Positions 37,201 to 49,320 of a stretch of DNA of 64,000 nt are shown here, one piece after another. The notes beneath the pieces are model-generated. The model was not told the DNA's origin. It ran no database searches and saw nothing but the letters and a program-made list of their open reading frames with translations. Each line of letters opens with the position of its first letter. The stretch's first letter is position 1. This DNA is from Eukaryota sp. TZLM1-RC. Its lineage: Eukaryota; Protista; Metamonada: BaSk clade. The translations under genes were made by a program, and so were the position numbers. The stretch spans positions 434,001-498,000 of the forward strand of contig JAUPSS010000005.1 of assembly GCA_040285825.1 (NCBI GenBank), in the 5' to 3' direction.

Positions 37201-38243
37201 ATTTTTTATTGATATTATTGCGAGCAGTAGATGTACATCTTTTTTACAGAACCAACTGAATTCCTTGAACCAACTGCAGTATATTCTAAATTGATCTAAG
37301 AACCCCAAAAATATATTATTCTTTGGCAGAAATAACAACAATCATTCAAAAGGTGAATTATAAAATGAGATGTGCATCGTTATATTGACGATTTCATTAA
37401 TATATAATTCATGTTTTATGCAAAAATTAAATTCAACGGAATGTCGGATGACCCAAAAAAATAATTCGTTCTGCCTTCAATTTTTTAAGAAAAATCAAAA
37501 ATTAGTTTCTACATACAGATTGGAAAATTCTCCCCAAAATTGATGATCTAATATTTGATGCCAATGACCTTTTTGGAACAAAGGCTTTCTGATGATGCTC
37601 TACTGAATGAAGGAAATGAAGCGAAGTTTGAATCCTTCGGGCCACTCTTTTCAATTTAAACAATATTCTTTTCGAAATTGAATTTCTGTTAGCAGGGAAA
37701 TGTTGGTTGAATTCGGTTCAAAATTTACTGTGGGAATTTCAAATTTTGAACTACGCAATGGCATAGCAAAACAATGAAGTGCCACTTGTGCACAAACATT
37801 CACAAGATTTACACATGGTAAGCCCGTGACGAATAGATTTCTCAAACTTGGTTCCATCTTGGTTCAATGAACTTCGTTCCTTTATTTATGATTTTAATTT
37901 GTCAAGAGTGATATGTAATAGACATATCCAAGAAATTGCTAAGTTTAAACTATTATTACTACTGTTAATAGAATGTTAAATTTTTATTTTTATTTTAAAT
38001 TTTTAGTAGGGCAAATATTTTTTTTAAAACATACAGCTCTTCCAGCAATAAGGTTTGAAAGAGCACGACAAATTTCTGTTTTTTCAATATCTGCTTTTTC
38101 ATATCAAATATGTCCTTATTCACTATTTGGTAAATTTCCAAGTATTTATACTTTTTCTAGTTGTTATGAGTACTCAGCACACTCGCACTGTTTATCTTTA
38201 ATAGAGCCTTTATTATCTTGAAACTACAACTACACTCTCTTTT

Positions 38244-38690
38244 CTGGATTAGATGGAAGCTTCATTTCATTGGATGTAATGTTTTTTGATCCTTGTAATG
38301 CCTCAAAAGGCTTGTTAAATCTGAAATTCATAATCCTCTTTCAAATGCTGACAACTTCAAAATTCAAAAATACAATGAACCTTTGTCCAAATTGTCCAGT
38401 CAAAATACAATTTGTATCCATTTGTATTTTCTCTTTTTGGTTCACTTGCTCATACGGCTATACGTTTTAAGGCAGATTTTGAAATGATTGTAAAGAGAAG
38501 AACTAACAGAAATTTCAAGAGATTGTTTTGGCAAAATAGAATTGTGTTTTCTATTTTTCAGGGGATGTTGAGGACGGTTTCTGATGCTTTGCTTTCTCTT
38601 GGATCTCACTATGAGAGAGTTGCAGCTAGTGTTTTTGTTTTGAGAGAGATGGATTATTTAGATGTTGATTTATAAATTTTTAATAATTTG
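38244..38690 (+). mobile_element. CRE-like family B 3' fragment forming the 5' half of a chimeric insertion
   Basis: GLDGSFI.LDVM..DPCN...WQNRIVFS...MDYLDVDL*. Begins right after TSD 38228-38243. Confidence 0.85.
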
Positions 38691-41121
38691 CAATCCCTCA
38701 ATTCGTTTCTCCTGCTCATTCGTCTTCTCTTGCAACAGTTATTCGATGTTTAACCTTCTCTCTTCGAAAGGGCATTTGGAATCCTTCGATTTTTTGGAAA
38801 TTTTTTCTTTCCAAGGCTATGTCTTCACACAAGAAATCTAAATATAAGAAGTCGGTTCCACAATCTAAAAATGTCAAAAAACGCTTTGAGTCTTTGATTC
38901 TTCGTTCACAATACTCTTCAGCACTTAAATTATTGGCTGGTTCTTCTCCTGCTGCCTTCAATGATGAAACATTGGATTCTTTAAATTCTCTTCATCCACA
39001 TGAAGACTTCACCATAAATCACATAGTCTCTGATAATGAACGTGATTTCTTCACTGCTAATCCTATCACTTGTGATGAAGTTAGTGTAGCTATTAAAGGA
39101 CTTCCGTGTGGTCGTTCTGCTGGGCCTTCTGGACTTAGTTATGATCATTTGATGTCCGCAGTCAACATATGTCCAGAAATCGTGGATGATTTAGTTTTCT
39201 TTTTTAATAGTGTCATCATGGGACGTTTCAAGTTACCACAAGCGTTAATGGCATCTCGTTTAGTTGCTTTAAATAAGCCTGGAGGTGGTGTCAGACCTAT
39301 TGCTGTTGGTGAGTCCATAACAAGATTATTAGCAATTATTTCTTTTAAAAGAGTTAAGTCATCCGCAATTAATTTTTTTTCGTCCTTATCAGTTTGCTAT
39401 CGGAATTCCTGATGGCACAACATGTGCTGCGTTGTGTACAGATTTACTTTTCAATCAAAAAGGCGAAAATTATTTATTGAACATTGATTTTAAAAATGCT
39501 CTCAACTCCGTTTTTCGCTTCAGTATTTTGCAAGAACTTGAACTACACTATCCTCCACTTTTGCCGTATTTTAAATTGATGTATGGATCACCCTCTAACT
39601 TAATTTTTCATTCTGAGAATATTGTTTCGTCAAGAGGCGTCAAACAAGGGGATCCATTGGGTCCATTTTTCCTTTGCTTAGCACTACAATCAGTTAATTA
39701 CTAGTTTGTAAAGTTTGGCAACTTTTGGCTATTCAAGATCTAGAAATTGACAAACATTTAGCGTTTTCGGTCCTAAATGCGTGTTTTGGATCAAAAATTA
39801 ATCATCTTCTTCGTTCTTTATCTCCCACAATTTTTCATGATTTTGCACGTCAATTCAATACTTTGAGAACAAATTTCTTAGGAAATTTAGTAGAAGTTTG
39901 TCCATCTCAAATTCCTTATCATGCATTTTTTAGTCCTAAATTTGGTGGAGTTGGTTTTTCAAAAGCAGAGTATTTATGCAAAAGTGCTTTTATTGGTGGT
40001 ATGAATAATTTTCTTTTTGAATGGAAACTTCGTTTTGATCATATTCCTTTAAATGAATCACATCCTTTATTAATTTCTTTTGAAAAAATGGTGCAAGAAC
40101 TACCTGTTGATATTTGGAATAGGAGTTTTCCTTCAAGTTTGCCTGCTGTGCCTTCGAGATCTTTCACCAACCTTCATCTTGCTGTTGTGAAATTACAGAA
40201 GTCTGTTCTTATTGGTTTTGAAGACCTGGATTTTCCGAAACGACTTAGTGTGACTAAGATAAATAATCCCGTCTTTGCTGCCTTTTTATCAGACATTCAG
40301 AACTGTACTAGTTTAATATCTCAGCAGTCAAGGCCATTTGGTCTTCACTTAACAAATGAAGCTTGGAAACAAAACATGCGGTTGAGATTAGGGATGTATC
40401 CAAGTGGTCTTTTGGACAATTCTTATTGTATTTGTAACAAAAAACCTACTGCCAATTTTCGTCATATTGTGAGCTGTAAGAAATTTCTCCAATATAGGTC
40501 AGTTCTTCATAATGCCGTTCGTGATGTGACATATGAGATGTTCAAATGTTACAATTTTAGTTGCAAAGTAGAACCTTTGTTGAAGCATTATAGTGATGAT
40601 AATCTTTTTAATTCACGTCGAGGTGACTTAATTGCTCCTTTTGTGGATTCCTCTCAAGTTGTTGTTGATTTCACTACAGTTGATCCCTTTGCTTTTTTTT
40701 ATCGCGATGATGTTTTACTTAGTACTAATGGTCATTTAAACAAGGCTGAAGATCGTAAGAGAGATAAATATACTGAGATATTAAATGATTTAAATAAGAA
40801 CCTTTATTCGAAGTTTTCGTTTGTTCCTTTTGCCTTTTCGATTTTTGGCAACATTGGACAATCCGCCTTGAATTTCATCAATGATTTTGGTAATTTATGT
40901 CGTTCAAGTGGTAAGAATTTTGCAGAGAATTTATGGAAAAATCGTATCATTTTCGCTTTGTACAGAAGTGTTCCCAAGTACTTGAGTTTAATGATGTCTA
41001 AACTTTATAAGGATTCATCAAGAGTTGGCGTGGAGAATTTAGTTTCTTATGTGTTTTAGTTTGTTTTGTTTTTATTTGATTCTTTATATAAATTACCATT
41101 TTTAATAAAAAAAATTAAAAA
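38691..41121 (+). mobile_element. CRE-like family D, long but frameshifted and internally deleted
   Basis: LNSLHP, AGPSG, KPGGGVRPIAVGE, DFKNA, GVKQGDPLGP (the YxDD segment is deleted), GGVG, CICN..HIVSC, LHNAVRD, RRGDL, VDF, KY. Ends VSYVF*, then an A-rich tail and TSD 41122-41137. Confidence 0.9.
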
Positions 41122-41453
41122 AACTACACTCTCTTTTGTTATTTTGTAAAACTCTTCTTTCACATTTAGATATTCATTTAGAAACAGCTTCAAAGCTACG
41201 TTTGTTTTAGAGGAGAAATGGGCCCACTGAGATTGGTGGCCAATTATTCGAGGATTCTAGAACGTCTGTGGATGATCTAACCAAGGATGAAAGTTCTTGG
41301 AATAAGTTTGAATGATGCTTGAAGAAGGTATGCATTTCAAACGAAAACCTCAGTAAAATGATAAACACGATTTCATTGAGGTCTGCACTTTTGAATTGAA
41401 ACCCTTCTGTATAACACAAACTCTCATCCTTACTCCCGCCAACGCTCAACACC

Positions 41454-43058
41454 ATGTTCTCCAAGACAGGTTTCCCCTTCTCTGAGCCTCTCGTAGCATC
41501 CCTCAACAAACACTTCTCTTTTGACAACCCCACTTTAGTCCAAGCCCGTTCTTTTGCTCCCATCACTCAAGGTCGAGACGTACTCATCAAGTCTTCCACT
41601 GGTTCAGGTAAATCACTGGCTTTTCTCCTTCCTATCATTGATCACGTCCTCAACTCCAAAACCGATCGGTCTGATGGTATCCATGCATTGATCCTTAGCC
41701 CTACTCGAGAACTAGCCCTTCAACTTCAAACAGTCGCCAATACCCTCCTCAATGGATTTGCTGGTATCACTTGTGGCTCTGTTACTGGCGGAGAGAAACG
41801 AAAGAGCGAGAAAGCCAGGATTAGAAAGGGAGTTCATATTCTGATTGCCACTCCAGGAAGGTTACGTGATCATTTTGAGCACACTTGTTCCCTTTTAGAC
41901 CGTTTTAACAAGTTAAAGTTTGTAGTGTTGGATGAAGCTGACCAGTTGTTAGATTTAGGGTTTTTACCAAGTATTCGGTTCTTTTTAGAATCAACAAAAG
42001 GAATTAGAATGCAAAATTATTGTCAGACAGTTTTAGTTTCTGCTACACTGACCAATAAGGTGTCAAGTTTGGCTTCTTTTGCCTTGAGGAATCCAATTAA
42101 TATTTACGGAGATGATGAAAAAAATAATGAAAATGAATCGTTTTTTATACCAAGTACTTTACACCAAAGTTACATTATAATTCCAACTAAAATTCGTCTA
42201 GCAGGTCTTGCATCAGTCATTTACAATGAAATTGAAAAGGCAAAAGCAAAAAAAGAAGCAGTTCGCATTATTGCGTTCGTTTTCTCTTGTGTACATGTAG
42301 ATTTCTATCACACCATATTTCAACAGCTTTCTGCAGACCTTGAGTCGCCCTTTCGGGCTTTCTCTCGAACAGATTTCTTTGCACTACACGGGAATCTTGA
42401 TATGATCGAGAGAAAGAAGACTCTGCGTCGCTTTCATGATTCAGATCACTCCTCTGTCATGTTTGCCACAGATGTAGCAGCGAGGGGGCTTGATATTGAG
42501 GATGTGTCTTCTGTGATATTGTTTGATCCACCATCTAATGTGGAGAGCTATGTACATCGTATAGGAAGAGGAGGGCGCATTGGCAATGCTGGTAGATCAG
42601 TCCTTGTACTCAACCCACATGAGGAAGGATATGTTGAACTGTTGGAGAATGAAACCGGCACCACAATCAATCTCTTACCTCTTGAACACCAAATCAATTC
42701 TCTCGCCTCCCGTGTTCTTGTCAACAAGCTTCCTCGACGTGAAGCTCGATGGGAATACTTTGCTCGTCTGGTGAACAATTATGTTGATGAACAAGTCAAG
42801 AAGGATCGTCCTTTGATGTCTCTAGCGATGCAGAGCTATCAGGCATACGTTAGTGCTTACTCAACGTTTCCAAAAGAGTCTAGAAGCATTTTCAACCGAA
42901 ATTCGCTACATTTGGGCCATTTATGTAAAAGTTTTGGGCTTTCTGAAACTCCTCAATCCATAGCTACTACGTTACGGAAAGATAATAGTGGAGGAGGAAG
43001 TGGAAAGAGGAGAACAGGTGGAGTGGGTAGTGGTAGTAATAAGCGTAAAAGAAGTTAG
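41454..43058 (+). CDS. DBP7: DEAD-box RNA helicase DBP7/DDX31
   Basis: TGSGKS, PTRELA, GGEKRKSEKARIRKG, TPGRL, DEAD, SAT, ARGLD, HRIGR, LHLGHL.KSF.L.E.P. Confidence 0.92.
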   Translation: MFSKTGFPFSEPLVASLNKHFSFDNPTLVQARSFAPITQGRDVLIKSSTGSGKSLAFLLPIIDHVLNSKTDRSDGIHALILSPTRELALQLQTVANTLLNGFAGITCGSVTGGEKRKSEKARIRKGVHILIATPGRLRDHFEHTCSLLDRFNKLKFVVLDEADQLLDLGFLPSIRFFLESTKGIRMQNYCQTVLVSATLTNKVSSLASFALRNPINIYGDDEKNNENESFFIPSTLHQSYIIIPTKIRLAGLASVIYNEIEKAKAKKEAVRIIAFVFSCVHVDFYHTIFQQLSADLESPFRAFSRTDFFALHGNLDMIERKKTLRRFHDSDHSSVMFATDVAARGLDIEDVSSVILFDPPSNVESYVHRIGRGGRIGNAGRSVLVLNPHEEGYVELLENETGTTINLLPLEHQINSLASRVLVNKLPRREARWEYFARLVNNYVDEQVKKDRPLMSLAMQSYQAYVSAYSTFPKESRSIFNRNSLHLGHLCKSFGLSETPQSIATTLRKDNSGGGSGKRRTGGVGSGSNKRKRS

Positions 43059-43507
43059 TTTTTGTTTAGTTTTGTAGTGATTTTTTAGTTAATTCTGATT
43101 TAGTTTTTTGATGCGTTTCTATTTATGTTTATTCTGATTTGGCTCATTGATGAATTATCAATACTGGTGGTTAAAGCGACTATTTGATTTTTGTTTCTTA
43201 ATTCAATCTTTAGTTCTTTGTAACAAGATTCAGCTCCAAAACTATTTGTTTCATACCCATAGGTTAAGGACCATGACCACCTTGAAGTTGAAATCATAGT
43301 TGAGTGTTCAATATGGGGCTCCTTATCTGACTCCTCAATGACTTGGCTCATTGACTTAGCTCTGCCTAATGTTGTTTATAACGAAATGAACCCATGTTTT
43401 CGAGGGTGATTACGGTGAGGTTGAAGTTTAATACATTTAATCTGATTATGTTCTTGTTGTAGACATTTTGTAATTGTCAAGATTTCAGACTTTGTTTGTA
43501 GATCTCT

Positions 43508-44880
43508 TTGAATGGCAGACCCATCTCACACCTGTCGAGGTATGCTTCTTTCTGGACGTTGATCTCAGCCTGTCAGAAAGAATTGTCCAATTTGTTTTAC
43601 AAGAAATGTAACATTTCCTTTTGTGATGATTGTATTGATAAATTCCATCCAAAGGTCATCTATTCTGACCATGAACTGAAGACAGTTGAGGAAGCTATGC
43701 TTGAAAAGCTCCGTCTCTGCTCTGAACACAAAGAGAGTGCTCTTTCTGAAATGGCATATTTTTGTGACAAATGTGCAACTTGTATTTGCTTAGACTGTCT
43801 CAACATATGCACATACATCGTACACATCAATTTTTCCCATCATGAAGCGTGCACTTGAATTTGCTGCTTCTGTTGAAAAAGTTATGAAAACACCGAATCA
43901 GTCCCTTGAGAAGCTTCTGAGAAGCCGATTTGTAGAGATAAAAGAGCTTAAAGAACAATTACTCGATACAATTACCTCTAAATAAAATAAAATAAAATAT
44001 AATAAAATAAAATATAATATAATAAAAAAATAAAACTAAAAAAATAAATAAATAAATAAAATAAAAAAAATAAATCAATAGAAAAATATCCTCTAAATAT
44101 AAATCCCTTATCGCTGAAGCCCAGGAAGCTAAGAAATTGGCATATCAGCGAATACAGGAACGTCAATTCTTTGCATTTGATCAAGTCTCCATCGATGACC
44201 TTAATTATCAAGTACAGAACATTAGATCCAAGTTTGAACAGGTGATGCAAGAGCTCCAGACTTGATTTCCTGCACACCGTTTCATCTCCAGAATCTACTG
44301 TCTTAATAGCTGCTGCTGGTGGTGCTACATCACTTTCAGATTCTTCCAGTCTTGAGGATGTGTCTGCCCTTGAATCGATTTTCCCTAATATAAAATCTTC
44401 CAAGTTTCTATATCGTGCGTCAAAGCATGGATTTGCCGCATCTGATTTTCATAAGTACTGTGATGGTAAAAAGAATGTTTTAGTTTTGTTAAAACAACCA
44501 ATGGAAACATTGCAGGGGGATTCAGTAGTGCTGCGTTCTCCTCTTCTGAATGCCACACCTCATCACCAGGTGCTTTTCTCTTACGAATCAAGAACTTAAG
44601 TTACCCTAGTTCCATGAAATTTGATTTACAGGCAACCGGTGATGACATTTACTGCAGCGCTAGCTACGTACCCACATTTGGTTCTTCTCCTTTTGATTCT
44701 TCTGGTCAGTACAAGACTTCCCCTGGAGCTTTCTTGTTTAGACTTGTCAACATCAATGGACTTGGTGCAAAACGATATGAATTCAATCATCATGTTATGA
44801 TATCTATTGTCATTCCAGCTATGGTCCAACCTTTGGAGGTGGTAATGATTTGTTAATTCACAATAATTGTCAAAGCAGTA
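43508..44880 (+). pseudogene. B-box zinc finger + TLDc domain pseudogene
   Basis: C.ISFCDDC..KFH....DH and CSEH...YFCDKC.TCIC.DC (B-boxes); LYRASKHGFAASDFHKYCDGK and PTFG (TLDc). Frameshifts, stops and an A-rich insertion are present. Confidence 0.7.
43985..44089 (+). repeat. A-rich (AAAAT/AAAT)n insertion flanked by a 10-bp direct repeat
   Basis: CCTCTAAATA at 43975-43984 and 44090-44099. Confidence 0.75.
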
Positions 44881-45494
44881 ACTCATCTTGTAACAAAAGA
44901 AAAGATTAACAAATGACACTGTTTAACAAATATTTCCATCATTTGTGCTATTATTGCTGGTGTTTGCCAATGCATTAAACATTGCCAACATTCACAACTA
45001 AGTCAACTTTGTATCTTTATTCAAAGGGGTATTTTAAGGAAAGTCCGCAGTTGTATTCATATCAAAGCAGTCATTTTGGAATTTGAAATAAAAACAAGCC
45101 ATCTTATTAAGATTTTTTAATGAGGGAGGAAATTACAAATGTTCAACAACTCCCTACTTCCTTAAACGGCAAGAATCTCCACTTACATTGTAAAACACTT
45201 CTTGATCAAGAGCAAGTTTGACAGTATCAACCATCTTCCCAATGTCTTGCAAACCCAAACACAATGTGATTGGTTGTCAAATCTATTTGATGCTGAAGAT
45301 CATTTTCATAAGAATAATAGAGTTTATTATTATTAACTGGATTAGCTTAAACCTCCATCTTAGTGGATGTATTGTTTTTTAATTGTTGTAATGTCTCATA
45401 TGAATGACTAGATAATTTTATATCTCATAATCCTTAAAAAATTTCAAAATCAAAAAGTGTAGTGAACCCTTGTCCAAATTGTCTACTCAAGAGT

Positions 45495-47190
45495 CAAGTT
45501 CCTGATTATGCTCATCTTAGTCTACACTATGACAGTTTAGGTTGGAGAAAAGCCTCAATCCTTACTTCGTGTGCTTTTATCGGTGGATACAGAAATGCCA
45601 TATTCGAGTTGTTGGAAAGATTTACCGATTGGGAAGTTTTGTTCATGATGCTGTAAGAGACCAGTTATATTGTATGTGTAAATCTCATAGAATTGAATCC
45701 TTCTTGGAACCTCTGTTGTCAAATCTGTTTGATGCTGAAAATGATTTTCATAAGAATAATAGAGGTGATGTCATATTACCTGGATTAGATGGAAGCTTCA
45801 TTTTATTGGATGTAATGTCTGTTGATCCTTGTAATGCCTCAAATGAAAGGCTTGTTAATTCTGAAATTCATAATCCCCTTTCAAATGCTGAAAATTTTAA
45901 ATTCAAAAAATACAATGAACCTTTGTCCAAATTGGCCAGTCTACAGCATGCAAAATACAATTTGTATCCATTTGTATTTTCCCTTTTTGGTTCACTTGCA
46001 CCAACTGCTTTACGTTTTTTGGATGATTTTGAAATGATTGTAAAGAGAAGAACTGGCAGAAATTTCAACAGATTGTTTTGGCAAAATAGAATTATGTTTT
46101 CTATTTTTAAGGGGATGTTGAACATGGTTTCTGATGCTTTGCTTTCTCTTGGATCTCACTATGAGAGAGTTGCATCTAGTGTTTTTGTTTTGGGAGAGAT
46201 GGATTTTTTAGATGTTGATTTATAGGTTTAGAATAAAATTAAATTTTAAAAAAAAATTGGGAAGTTTTATTGACAACATCCCAAAGGTCAACTGTAGCTG
46301 CTTTTGATGAGGAAATAATAAAAATTGATGTAGAAAAATAGAATCGGCGCTTTCCCCAATCACTCAGTGACAATATTCCCGAAAAGAACTAACTAAATTT
46401 AAAATACCTTCTTCGAACTGTAAAGAACGACTGACTAAACTGCTGAATTGATCTTTATAAAAGTATCTGCAGCTCAGCTGTTTCAAATCAAGATCTTCAC
46501 TCATTTTTTTCCTTGGAAAAGGGTGTTTGTGAAAACAAGGCGTCAGATTCTTCACTTTTTGTAACCATTGTACCACGAAGATTTGGATTGTGTGCCACTA
46601 ATGAAGCATTTGTAACAAAAATGAGATTATATTTGAACATCCCCATTAACCAATTATTATCAAAAGAAAAATGTATTTGTTCGAATTCACCTCAACTCAC
46701 TTTGCGCCATGCTCTGAATTGTTCTAAATTGATAACTTATCGTTCTTCATTACATGATGCTGTTAGAGACACTGTTTTCAATATGGCTCAAACTGCAAGA
46801 ATATCGTGTATCAAAGAGCCCCTGCTGAAGGAAACACTTTCTCTGAATAATTTTGGTTCTGATGATAGAGGTGATGTATACTGTGATTGGATTGATAATT
46901 CCGAAGCTATTGTTGACTTTGTCTCATGTAATGTTGCAAATGATACTTTGGTTCACAGAAGAAGACTTAATCCTGTGGCTGCTCTGGATTTTGAAGCAAA
47001 AGAGAATGCTAGAAAATATGATAAAGATATTGAAGAGGCTAACGCTGATAGAAATACACAGCTGGTTTTTATTGCTTTCCCATTTTCGATAAAAGGAAGA
47101 TTATCAGATGAAGCAGAAACTATTTTGAATGATTTCCAAAAATGGTTCAAGAAAAAACAATGAAAAGATTTGATATCTTTTGATGGCGTT
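45495..47190 (+). mobile_element. Older family A copy, interrupted by a family B copy
   Basis: PDYAHLS..LGW.KASILTSCAFIGG before the insertion; ORF 46513-47163 after it. The 3' end is missing. Confidence 0.85.
45641..46255 (+). mobile_element. 5'-truncated family B copy nested in family A
   Basis: VHDAVRD...RGDV...MDFLDVDL*, A-rich tail. TSD ATTGGGAAGTTTT at 45628-45640 and 46256-46268. Confidence 0.92.
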
Positions 47191-47577
47191 GATAATAAGT
47201 GCTTCGTAATAATCTTTTGGAAATGTGAAAACAATTATTGGGGAAATTCACTGAAAACAAAACCGCAAAAGATTTGCAAAGATCATGGACAAACAATTGA
47301 CAAGATAGGTAAATGAATATGCAATTAGCTGCTAATTTAGTATATTTAATTGATTCAGATCAACAATTATTTATTGTTTTACCTTCCATCTCCACTTACA
47401 TCGTTTTGAATTAGCGATTGTCAGTGATGTTTACTGATTCCTTTTTACCACATAGTGGTAAATATATTAAAAAAAGGCAAAACTTTCTTAGAAGACAAAT
47501 TTTATATGTAAAAGACTACCAAATCAAATTAATTTGACCAAAAACTAAAAAAATTTAAATAAAAAACTAATCAACCT

Positions 47578-49143
47578 CTACAATTTCCTAAATTTAGCAA
47601 CAAAAAATCCATGAATATTATGAATATGTGGATAAAACCTCCTACAAAGCTTTACACTATCATCAAACCTCTTCCCTTCATTAACACAAATCCCGGGTTC
47701 TCCAAGTTCCAACCCTGTTTTCTCCAAAACAACATTACCCAAAGAGAGAGCATAATCTACCACATCTTCGTTTTCTTCAAGGGTAATTGAACACGTGGAA
47801 TAGACCAAAATTCCGTCCTTTTTGACCATACTGATTGCAGTTCTGATTAACTCTTTCTGTAAATGACTGGTTTTTTTAATATCATCATCAGTTCTTGAAA
47901 GTTTAACTGAAGGGTCCTTATCTATGACGCCAAGCCCAGAACAAGGCGCATCAAGTAAAATTCTGTCAAATTTCTGACCTAGTTTTTGACCTAGTTTCCG
48001 ACCATCATAATTGATTACCATTGATGACGTCACCCCTAATCTATGAATATTACCAATCAACCCTTTTGTTCTACTTATATTTGCATCATTAGCTACAACA
48101 ACGCCCTTGTTCTTCATTAGTTGGGCGATAAAGGTAGTTTTGCCACCAGGTGCGGCGCAAACATCCAAGACAGTTTCACTGGGTTTAGGGTCTAGGGCCA
48201 TTACTGGTAGCAAAGAAGCAGCTGATTGAATCATATAGTGCCCGCCCAAATACTCGGGAGTGGCGCCAATGGGAACTTGACTTTCAAAGACTACTAAGGC
48301 TTCCCTTGACCATTCTATAGGTTCTAAATTAACCCCTCTTGAGATCAGAGCCTTTGCCAAATCTTTTCTTCTGGTTTTAAGAGTATTTGTTCTAATTACT
48401 ATTGGCCTTGGAGAATCAGCTTGTTCGAGATAGGTGATTAATTCATGAGGGGAGAATATACGTAGAAACTTGGTAAGTAAGGAAGGAAGGAATTCATAAA
48501 ATGCAGCACAATCGATTGTTAACCGGTCAAGATAATCAACTCGTGATTTTGATGGATCACGTTTGGCAGAAAAGTCAGCAAGAACCTTGAGGACCGATTG
48601 AATTCTTTCATTGATTAATGAGCGGTCAGAAAGTGCGAGTTCCTCGTTTTCTGGGAAAATGATGATGTCATTTGACACGTCATCTTGAGTCAGCTCAGCA
48701 GCAGCTGATTCCTGAACATTCTTGACTATGATTAGAAGGAGGAGGAACTACGTACCGTGTTCTGCATATCGCTCGGCCTTTTCTTCAATTTCCATGTCTG
48801 AATCATCATCAGAGAGCTCTGAACCAAAGTCATCATCAAGAAGAGGAGCGTCTTCAAGGGAAGAATCATCGGAGAGTGTTTGAGCGGTACCACCTTCAGA
48901 CTCCTCAGAATCAGAAAAAAGATCTTTGCGTATTGGAGATTTAGGAGGGGTATCTGAAACAGAGGTAGACAACGGTATCGGTGCTGAAGACTCTGGAGCC
49001 TCTGGACTGGCTGAAAGAGGTTCCTCCATTGATACATTGGATTTTTTTGCGAGAGGTTGTGGTGTCTCATCCGCGAGTCCATGTTTTTTAAGAGATAGTC
49101 TCTTCTTTCTGGAGAGTAAAGGAGTGGCAGTGGAAGTACCCAT
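47578..49143 (-). CDS. NOP2: NOP2/NOL1 rRNA cytosine-C5 methyltransferase; intron 48726-48755
   Basis: IRTNTLKTRRKDLAKALISRGVNLEP, GATPEYLGGHYMIQ, DVCAAPGGKT, DAPCSG, YSTCS. A 30-nt GTACGT...CTAATCATAG intron joins the acidic N-terminal exon in frame. Confidence 0.95.
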
Positions 49144-49320
49144 TAGGTTAGGTTTGTAAATGTTTGAAAGACTAGGTATTGAAATTCAACCGTGGTTTTC
49201 ATTTTGTGCACAAAATTATTCTGATTTTTCTGATTTTTCCCTTTTCCTGAGTTCTTGATTGCTCTGTATGCCCCACAACTATGATTTTCTTATGGAACTT
49301 AAAGATATTCGTTATTTAAA

